Origin: an uncultured Oscillospiraceae bacterium
GTDB taxonomy: Bacteria > Bacillota > Clostridia > Oscillospirales > Oscillospiraceae
Direction: 5' to 3'
Length of the DNA stretch: 64,000 nucleotides
Assembly: GCA_910579485.1 (NCBI GenBank)
Contig: CAJTVO010000002.1
Location: forward strand, 7,804 to 71,803
Part shown: positions 17,651 to 24,297 of the stretch, piece after piece
Layout of the letters: every line of letters starts with the position of its first letter
Position numbering within the stretch: the first letter of the stretch is position 1
Program-made: the position numbers and the translations under genes
Notes under the pieces: model-generated
Seen by the model: the letters and a program-made list of their open reading frames with translations, nothing else
Told to the model about the DNA's origin: nothing
The model's database searches: none

Positions 17651-18492
17651 TATTTCAGGTCCTTTCTGCGGAACAGGAGCAGTCCCGCGGCGGTGCTGGC
17701 TGCAATGACGGACAGGCTCAGCAGGGGCATCCGCCAGAACTGTTCCACAGAACGCGCCGATATCTGGAGGCACTGGCCTGTGGGCAGCAGGTCGATGAGA
17801 AAGCGGCACACCGCCCGGGGGACGGGCTGCAGGTAGTTGGGGTTGGGGAGCATTCCGGCGGCATCCCTGCCCCACTCGTCATAGACCGCCGTAAACTCCG
17901 GTTCCCCGAGGCGGGCGGTGAGGAAGCCGATCAGAAACATGGCGAAGAGCGCGGCGGACAGGGTGATGATAACGGTCTTCGTCTCGTTCCGGATCAGCAT
18001 CGCCGCCATGGTCACCAGCGCCGTGCAGGCCGCAAGGGCCAGCAGGCCATAACATGCCAGCAGCAGGAGCTGTCCGGCGGGCATTTTCAGCGGCAGACCG
18101 GTGGGCGCTGCCGCTATGCCCACCAGCGCAAGATAGAGGACCGCCAGCAGAACGGAGGCCGTCATACAGGCGAGCAGATTCGACAGATAGACCGCCGCCT
18201 TGCTCCGGCCCGTCACCAGCTTGTTGCGGATGGTCCCCTCGCTGAACTCCGTGCCCAGATAGACGCTCAAAAACGGGGCCTGGATGAGCATGGGGACCGG
18301 TATCATCCCTGCTATACCGAAGGCGAACAGCAGCGGTTCCTCCAGACCGAACTGCCCGCCCTCTTTGATATAGATCGAGTAGAACGTCACGCCTATGATA
18401 AAAAGCGCATAGGCAAACTCCGCCGCCAGGGCGGCGCGGAACGCTCCGCTGTGAAACAGACGGGAGAAATTGGCGTGCAGCAGATTTCTCAT
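17650..18492 (-). CDS. ABC-2-type transporter permease (paralogue 2)
   Basis: MRNLLHANFSRL..., EFSEGTIRNKLVTGRSK motif, ends LLFRRKDLK. GGGGAGGGGG RBS. Confidence 0.85.
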   Translation of the reverse strand: MRNLLHANFSRLFHSGAFRAALAAEFAYALFIIGVTFYSIYIKEGGQFGLEEPLLFAFGIAGMIPVPMLIQAPFLSVYLGTEFSEGTIRNKLVTGRSKAAVYLSNLLACMTASVLLAVLYLALVGIAAAPTGLPLKMPAGQLLLLACYGLLALAACTALVTMAAMLIRNETKTVIITLSAALFAMFLIGFLTARLGEPEFTAVYDEWGRDAAGMLPNPNYLQPVPRAVCRFLIDLLPTGQCLQISARSVEQFWRMPLLSLSVIAASTAAGLLLFRRKDLK

Positions 18493-18504
18493 ACGCCCCC
18501 TCCC

Positions 18505-19326
18505 CTATTTCAGGTCCTTGCGCTCAAAGAGCGCCAGCCCGCCCAGGGTGAAGACCGCCGTCACGCCCAGATCGCACAGCAGCGCCCGCAGAGGGCTGAG
18601 TACCGCCAGGTTCTGCACCTGTATCGCCTGCCCGGCGGGGATGATATCCCGGACGACCTCGTAAAACGTCCGAAGCGCCCCGGAGACGTAGCGGGGATTG
18701 GGCTCCGGGTTTATCGCCTGCATCCCGTCCACGGTCATGAGGAGGCCGCCGACAAACTCCGGCTCGGAGAGGGTGTTTTCGACCGTGGAGGCTGCCAGCA
18801 GCAGGGCAAACCAGGACAGCACCACGGTAACTGTGGCGGTTCGCCTGCTGAGGAGCATCCCCAGGAAGGTGAAGATGGCGGCAAAGGCCACGGTGGAGCC
18901 CACGACGATGAGAACATGGAACGCCAGCCCTCCAAGGCCGAATCCCCAGGGCCCGACCATCGGGATGCCAACGCACCCGCCGATGAGCCATGCGGCGGTA
19001 AAGAACAGGGACGCGGTCAGGACCGTGAGAAAGTTGGCCAGATAGACCTCCCGGCGGATGCAGCCTACGGTCAGCTTATTGCGGATCGTGCCATCGCTGT
19101 ACTCCGCGTTCAGAAACATAGCGGCAAACATGGCGATAAAGAACCCCAGCGACATCGCTATATTGAAATAATGCTGCTCCAGCTTTACCTGAAAGCCGCG
19201 CTGGACGTCCTCCCGGCACCAGAAGAACACGAAGACGACGGAACAGGCCAGCACCGTGCCGAAGCACGTCCAGAACACATGGTCCCGGCGCATCCGGAAG
19301 AAATTGGCCCGCAGGAGGTTAGTCAT
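18505..19326 (-). CDS. ABC-2-type transporter permease (paralogue 1)
   Basis: MTNLLRANFFRM..., EYSDGTIRNKLTVGCIR motif, ends ALFERKDLK. The ATG overlaps the ATPase stop, with GGGAGG 8 nt upstream. Confidence 0.85.
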   Translation of the reverse strand: MTNLLRANFFRMRRDHVFWTCFGTVLACSVVFVFFWCREDVQRGFQVKLEQHYFNIAMSLGFFIAMFAAMFLNAEYSDGTIRNKLTVGCIRREVYLANFLTVLTASLFFTAAWLIGGCVGIPMVGPWGFGLGGLAFHVLIVVGSTVAFAAIFTFLGMLLSRRTATVTVVLSWFALLLAASTVENTLSEPEFVGGLLMTVDGMQAINPEPNPRYVSGALRTFYEVVRDIIPAGQAIQVQNLAVLSPLRALLCDLGVTAVFTLGGLALFERKDLK

Positions 19327-20233
19327 CGACGGCACCTCCCACCAGGTTCATGTAATAGCTCTCCAGGCTCTCGTCGTGCTCGTGGATGTTCTTCACCTCA
19401 CAGCCCGCGTTATGAAGGGCAAGAGTCAATTCGGTGACGGAGGGGGCGTCGTAGACGTCGGCCTCCGTGTCGCTGTGGATGGAGTACTCCAGGCCCATTT
19501 TGTCCAGGGCGGCGGTCAGCGGCCGCGCGTCGCTGACGGTGAGGCGCAGGCACTTCCGGCAGTTGGCTTCCAGCTCGGGGGCGCTGATCTCCTTGACCAT
19601 GCGGCCGTTGTCGATAAAGCCGTAATGGGTGGCGAGGCGGCTCAGTTCGTCCAGAATGTGACTGGAGATCAGAACGGTGATCTGCCGCTCCCGGTTCAGA
19701 CGGAGGATCAGCTCCCGGATCTCCACGATGCCCTGGGGGTCCAGGCCGTTGGCGGGCTCGTCCAGGATGAGGAAGTCCGGGTCCCCGGCCAGAGCCACGG
19801 CGATGCCCAGGCGCTGGCGCATTCCCAGGGAGAAGTCCCTCGCCTTTTTCTTTCCGGTGTTCCCCAGGCGGACCAGCTCCAGCAGGTCGCGGAGGCCGTC
19901 GTAGGACGGCAGGCCCAGAATCTGATACTGCTGCTTCAGGTTTTCCTCCGCCGTCATGGAGAGGTAGATGGAGGGAGTCTCCACCACCGCTCCCATGCGG
20001 CGGCGGGAGCGGGTGATCTCCCTGCTGTCGTTGGGACAGCCGTAGAGGGTGAAGGTACCCTCCGTGGGCTCCTGGAGGCCACAGATCAGGCGGATGAGGG
20101 TGGTCTTGCCCGCGCCGTTGCGGCCTACGAAGCCGTAGATGGCTCCCTTTTCCACGTGCATGGTCAGGCCGTTGAGGGCCTTTCCGTTCTTATAATGCTT
20201 GATTAAGTTGTTTGTTTGAAGGATGTAGTCCAT
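19319..20233 (-). CDS. ABC transporter ATP-binding protein (LanF/BcrA-like, ABC-2 subfamily)
   Basis: Walker A GRNGAGKTT, signature FSLGMRQRL, Walker B FLILDEP, H-loop SSHIL. The start is at MDYILQT after an AAGGAGGT RBS. The track start 20260 has no RBS. Confidence 0.92.
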   Translation of the reverse strand: MDYILQTNNLIKHYKNGKALNGLTMHVEKGAIYGFVGRNGAGKTTLIRLICGLQEPTEGTFTLYGCPNDSREITRSRRRMGAVVETPSIYLSMTAEENLKQQYQILGLPSYDGLRDLLELVRLGNTGKKKARDFSLGMRQRLGIAVALAGDPDFLILDEPANGLDPQGIVEIRELILRLNRERQITVLISSHILDELSRLATHYGFIDNGRMVKEISAPELEANCRKCLRLTVSDARPLTAALDKMGLEYSIHSDTEADVYDAPSVTELTLALHNAGCEVKNIHEHDESLESYYMNLVGGAVDD

Positions 20234-20262
20234 TTTCTTACCTCCTTGATTGGAATACACGT

Positions 20263-20330
20263 ATTTTAGCAGGGGGTGGTTAAGAAAACGGTTAAGGAAA
20301 TGGTTAAGATTTGGTAAAGAAGCTTAAGAA
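20263..20330 (-). promoter_or_regulatory. Promoter region of the ABC operon with 11-12-bp-periodic direct repeats (candidate OmpR-type response-regulator boxes)
   Basis: On the + strand: GGTTAAGA (20278), GGTTAAGG (20290), GGTTAAGA (20302), then degenerate GGTAAAGA (20313) and GCTTAAGA (20322). On the minus strand a -10 TAAAAT (20263-20268) lies 9 nt downstream of the last repeat. There is no consensus -35. Confidence 0.5.
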
Positions 20331-20351
20331 CTTCAAAAGAAGTGGTTCCCA

Positions 20352-21326
20352 TTAAAATTCAATCCTTCTTTGATAGTTCTCCCACCCTGTCCGCAGGGTA
20401 TCACTAATCTCTTTCCGCAGCCAGTCCGGCTCCAAGATCTGACAGAGCGATACATATTGCAGCGCCCAAAATTTCAGCCCGGCGGCTCCGGTAAACACTG
20501 CCGCGTCAAATGTCCCGTCTCCATTGTCCCGAAGCCGGGTTTCCATGCCGAAGCGGTCCAGCACATCGCTGAGCAAATCACTCTCACAGCGTAACACCGC
20601 ATGGACGGCCTCGCCAGGAAAGGGGTACACCCGCTCCCGGACATACCGCGCCAGGTCCAGCCCGGCTGGCAGCGGTTCGGCAGGCTGCTCCTCCAGCAGG
20701 ACCGGGGACTGAATCCGATCCACCCGGTAGTGGCTGATGTCCTCCGCTCCCTGATACCGGCAAATCAGGTAGTAGTTCCCGTTGGCGAAGCACAGGCCGT
20801 AGGGCGATACCCGGTAAGGCCGCTCCCGGCGGGGATGGAGGCGCTTGTCCATACCGTACTCCATGTACTGAAACTCCACCTGACAGCGGCGCGAAACAGC
20901 CTCCTCCAGCACCTCCACGGACAGGAAGGCTTCATGATTCATGCCACGCCAGGGCACTCCGGCGATGAGAGGACGGCACTGCGCCCGCTGCCAGCGGCTC
21001 AGGCCCCGCTGAAGCCTGTCCAACAGCTGTTCACACTGGCGCTGTGAGATGCCCGGAAAGGCGGACACCGCGTCCGACAGCAACTGGACCTCGGATGGCT
21101 CCAGAGAACGGGACAGCAGCCGGTAGCCCTCGCCATCGTCCTGGTACTCCGGAATGTGACAGCCGACAGCCCGCAGCTTATCCAGGGCGGTATACACAGC
21201 CCGACGGTCGTATCGCAGACCATACTCCGTCCGCAGCAGGCGCAGCAGCTCCCCCATGGCCAGGGCGTGGTCTCCGTCGGTGTGTTCAGAAAGAATCTGA
21301 TAGACGCGGAAGGGCAAAAGATTCAC
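20352..21326 (-). CDS. WYL-domain transcriptional regulator (wHTH + WYL + C-terminal extension; CapW/BrxR/DriD-like architecture)
   Basis: N-terminal wHTH (LAMGELLRLLRTEYGLRYDRRAVYTALDKLRAVG). Central WYL-type core (RPYRVSPYGLCFANGNYYLICRY...ISHYRVDRI). 324 aa. GTG start overlapping the upstream stop (GTGA). Confidence 0.8.
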   Translation of the reverse strand: MNLLPFRVYQILSEHTDGDHALAMGELLRLLRTEYGLRYDRRAVYTALDKLRAVGCHIPEYQDDGEGYRLLSRSLEPSEVQLLSDAVSAFPGISQRQCEQLLDRLQRGLSRWQRAQCRPLIAGVPWRGMNHEAFLSVEVLEEAVSRRCQVEFQYMEYGMDKRLHPRRERPYRVSPYGLCFANGNYYLICRYQGAEDISHYRVDRIQSPVLLEEQPAEPLPAGLDLARYVRERVYPFPGEAVHAVLRCESDLLSDVLDRFGMETRLRDNGDGTFDAAVFTGAAGLKFWALQYVSLCQILEPDWLRKEISDTLRTGWENYQRRIEF

Positions 21327-21925
21327 AGCAAAATCCTTTCGTCCAGCCGCACAGAGATATTGTCCGCATAGGTCAGGGAAAGCCGGTGGGCTACATCATT
21401 CAAACCTCCTCCCCGGTTGCTTCCGGTTCGGCCGATCCAGCTGGGGTCAAGGTTGAGACGCAGGACCATGTTGTCCTGCAGCTGCCGTTCTACCTGTTCC
21501 ACCGTGCGGCGGGCCGCTTCTGAGGACTGTTCCACCGGGTAGCCATCCTTCAGCAGAGTGACCTTGCCAAACAGAATAGTCATATGGTCAAAGAGCCGCT
21601 CCACGGCTTGACCCCACTCCCTGCACGCCGCATCTCTTCCGGGTACGTAAAAGTCATAGGTGGAGTAGAAATCATCAGCCACGAAACAACGCAGGTCGGT
21701 CAGCCGGTGGGGATTCTTGACCATCCAGTATTTCCTTTCCCGGTAATTTTCCAGGTGATTCCGGTTCCTGCCTGCCATATCGTCGGAAATACCGATATAA
21801 AAGGGCCGGTCCGCATCCTGATAGACGTGGAAATATACGCCCAGGCCACTGGCCTCAGATGGAATATTGTTTCCTGCCAGTAACTCCCGTGCGGAGATGC
21901 TGTGAAAGACGTGAAGATCGACCAT
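21323..21925 (-). CDS. GIY-YIG nuclease-domain-like protein
   Basis: GVYFHVYQDADRPFYIGIS matches GIY-x11-YIG and is followed by R-x-R-x-H (AGRNRNH). A later E (VEQVERQL) and N (RLNLD) are candidates for the conserved Glu/Asn. The start was chosen at the second ATG (21925) after a GGAGGG RBS (track start 21940). Confidence 0.6.
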   Translation of the reverse strand: MVDLHVFHSISARELLAGNNIPSEASGLGVYFHVYQDADRPFYIGISDDMAGRNRNHLENYRERKYWMVKNPHRLTDLRCFVADDFYSTYDFYVPGRDAACREWGQAVERLFDHMTILFGKVTLLKDGYPVEQSSEAARRTVEQVERQLQDNMVLRLNLDPSWIGRTGSNRGGGLNDVAHRLSLTYADNISVRLDERILL

Positions 21926-21954
21926 GAAAGTGCCCTCCATTTTCTTGATAGCCT

Positions 21955-21983
21955 ATTCTACCATTTCCCAGCACAAATAGCAA
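21955..21983 (-). promoter_or_regulatory. sigma-A-type promoter for the GIY-YIG/WYL operon
   Basis: Minus strand reads TTGCTA - 17 nt - TAGAAT, about 30 nt upstream of the chosen start. Confidence 0.55.
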
Positions 21984-21984
21984 T

Positions 21985-22018
21985 CACCCCCCTGTACTTG
22001 TTTTGGTACAGGGGAGTG
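21985..22018. promoter_or_regulatory. Palindrome in the divergent intergenic region (candidate WYL-regulator operator)
   Basis: CACCCCCCTGTAC - 8 nt - GTACAGGGGAGTG, with 12 of 13 arm positions complementary. It abuts the -35 of the minus-strand promoter. It also overlaps the likely promoter spacer of the plus-strand operon. Confidence 0.5.
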
Positions 22019-22075
22019 TGATATGCTTGGAACAGACCAGCGGAAAACCAGATCAGAAATGTGGAGGAGTTTTTT

Positions 22076-22984
22076 ATGCGGCGTATTATGATTGACAACC
22101 TGACCCTGCTGGTGGGCGGCACCCGGCTGGAACGGGAACAGCAAATGGACAAATTCCAAAACGCCAGTGATTTTATGACAGCGATCATACAGAATATCCG
22201 GGAAGATGACAACGGCGGGTTCCTGACACGTCTGCGCACGGTTCCGTGTTTCGCGCTGTCGGAAGTTCAGAGCATCGGCGGAAAACCGGCAACGGAACAG
22301 CTGCTGTCCGACCTGCTGATGGACCGCCAGCGGCGGGGACTTCTCACCGTATTGGGAATGGAGTATATTCCCCCGTTTATCAAACAGCTGTATCCCATTC
22401 CCTGCGGCCCGATTCCGGCAAAGATCTGCCTGCTGGAACGTGATTTGCGAAAATGCAAATTTCTGGAGTTGTATTTTGATTCCGCTCCGGAGGTGGAAAT
22501 CATCTGTGATGATTTCCGGCACTTCATGGAGACCCACCAGGTGCAGTGTGTGGTATCTCCTGCCAATGCCTTCGGACTGATGGACGGCGGGTATGATCTG
22601 GCGATCACCGAGTGGTTTGGGGACCAGCTGCAAAAGCGGGTACAGCAGTATATCATCCATCATTTTTACGGTGAACAGCCGGTGGGGACCAGCTTTTTGA
22701 TCGACGCGGGAAAGGACGGCCAGTCTCTGATCCATACGCCCTCCATGCGCACACCCCAGCGGATTTTAGACCCGCAGGTCATCTATCAATGTATGCGAAC
22801 AACCCTGATGTGTGCGGCGGAGTACAGTATCGAAAGCATCGTTATCCCAATGTTTGGAGGTTTGACGGGCGGAGTGCGCCCCCAACTGGTTGCGGATATG
22901 ATGTGGAGGGCTTACCGGCAGCTGAAAAATCCACCGGAAAGGATCGATTGGAATGATGTGGAAGAAATTAAAATCATTCTTTAG
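22076..22984 (+). CDS. macro-domain protein with an unassigned ~125-aa N-terminal region
   Basis: GGAGGAG RBS 6 nt before the ATG at 22076. The C-terminal ~175 aa carry macro-domain motifs VVSPANAFGLMDGGYDLAI, GEQPVGTSFLI, LIHTPSMRTP and PMFGGLTGG. Confidence 0.8.
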   Translation: MRRIMIDNLTLLVGGTRLEREQQMDKFQNASDFMTAIIQNIREDDNGGFLTRLRTVPCFALSEVQSIGGKPATEQLLSDLLMDRQRRGLLTVLGMEYIPPFIKQLYPIPCGPIPAKICLLERDLRKCKFLELYFDSAPEVEIICDDFRHFMETHQVQCVVSPANAFGLMDGGYDLAITEWFGDQLQKRVQQYIIHHFYGEQPVGTSFLIDAGKDGQSLIHTPSMRTPQRILDPQVIYQCMRTTLMCAAEYSIESIVIPMFGGLTGGVRPQLVADMMWRAYRQLKNPPERIDWNDVEEIKIIL

Positions 22985-23444
22985 AAAACCAGCGCGCAAA
23001 CGGGTCCTCAACAAAGAGGGCTTTGAGCGGTTAGAGCAAAAGTTCATCGAGAATACGGGCCTTATTAACGTAGACTATGCTGATGTGCAGATCCTTCGAA
23101 AAGACGAGGCAGCTTTTCTCTGGGAAAGCCCCCCTTGCACATCAATGGATGAAATGATAAGCCTGTCCCCGCTGGCAGCGGCGGAAATGGCTCCAGAGCG
23201 GGGACGGAAGATCGTGTCCGTATTGCTATATTGCAATTTGCCCTGGGAGGCGGATATTGAAAGCCTGGATGCAATATGCAGCGCAATTCAGAGAACGATT
23301 CAAGAAGATGCGGATATTGTATTCGGCTGTGAATTTGGCGAGGAATGCAGTTTCCTGCTGGCCACTTCTGAGGGAAAATGTGGTTCAAAACCTTTTGATG
23401 CCGCACATGATCGATCTGTCATGGATGAACGCTATGAAGACTGA
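22953..23444 (+). CDS. FtsZ C-terminal-domain-only protein (no GTPase domain)
   Basis: [22 protein letters not shown] and [48 protein letters not shown] align by eye to the FtsZ T7-loop/H8 and C-terminal domain ([14 protein letters not shown]..., GVLMNITGG..L.L.EV.EAA.I......DVNMIFG). 163 aa. It overlaps the macro gene by 32 nt. Confidence 0.65.
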   Translation: [163 protein letters not shown]

Positions 23445-23634
23445 AAGCATTTTTGAGAAAACTCCCGGTTTGAACATGCCAAGCCTGATCCTGCTGGCCG
23501 CTCGGCTTGGGATGGGCATCCGGCAGGAACAAAGTTAAAATAAGAAAAGAGCCCCCGCCGCCCCGCAGGAGCGGTACGGAACATTCTTTGACGAAGGAAG
23601 AAGAAAAAAGCGGTGCGGTCCGCAGGGCGTCAAA

Positions 23635-24297
23635 TCATTCCGCCAGCTTGAAGCCGATCCCCCACACTGCCTCGATGACCTCCCCCGCCCCGGCCTCCCG
23701 GAGCTTCCGGCGGAGATTGCTGACATGTACCTTTAACGAACTCTCCACGCAGTCCGGCGTATCCATACTCAGCTGCTCCAAAAGCTGAGATTTCGTAATC
23801 ACTTGCCGGGGATTCTGCATCAGCAGCTTCAAAATGCCATACTCCGTGCGGGTCAGGCGGACAGCCCCGCCGTCCACCGTTGCCTCACGGGTCTCCGGGG
23901 CAAGAGCGATCCCCCTGTACCGCAGAATCCCGTCCTGCCGGGACTGCTGGCGCAGCTGGACCGCAATGCGGGCCAGAAGCTCCCGGGTGTCAAAGGGCTT
24001 GGTCAGATAGTCGGCGGCTCCGCCCTGGAGCAGGTCCACCTTGTCCTCCACCGCCGCCCGGGCGGAGAGGACGATCACCGGTATCCCGGTCAGATTGGGC
24101 AGTACCTCCTCCCCGTTCAAGCCGGGCAGCATCAGGTCAAGCAGGATCAGGTCGGGACGCCTGTCCTCCAAAAGCATGAGGGCTTCCGTGCCGGAGTAGG
24201 CCCGCAGAACGCCATACCCCTCCCGGCGCAGAAGCTCCTCCAGCATGTCCCCGATATAGACGTCGTCATCCACAATGGCAATCACAGAACCTGTCAT
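23635..24297 (-). CDS. OmpR/PhoB-family response regulator
   Basis: Receiver domain (IVDDD...LILLDLMLPGLNG...LSA...KP) plus winged-helix output (LTRTEYGILKLLMQNPRQVITKSQLL...VHVSNLRRKL...IEAVWGIGFKL). The ATG overlaps the upstream stop (ATGA). Confidence 0.92.
   Translation of the reverse strand: MTGSVIAIVDDDVYIGDMLEELLRREGYGVLRAYSGTEALMLLEDRRPDLILLDLMLPGLNGEEVLPNLTGIPVIVLSARAAVEDKVDLLQGGAADYLTKPFDTRELLARIAVQLRQQSRQDGILRYRGIALAPETREATVDGGAVRLTRTEYGILKLLMQNPRQVITKSQLLEQLSMDTPDCVESSLKVHVSNLRRKLREAGAGEVIEAVWGIGFKLAE

Noticed and set aside
17641-19437. 598-aa + strand ORF
   Set aside because: It is antisense to three ABC-2 permease genes. Arg/Gly/His-rich composition. High-GC antisense artefact.
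21953-22735. 260-aa - strand ORF inside the island
   Set aside because: It is antisense to the macro-domain gene, which has an RBS and domain motifs. This ORF would also start inside the divergent promoter region. No recognisable features.
23257-23788. Track ORFs 23257..23538(+) and 23507..23788(+)
   Set aside because: The first overlaps the FtsZ-C-like gene out of frame, and the second is antisense to the response regulator. Only the terminal 34 codons of the first were kept, as a low-interest note.
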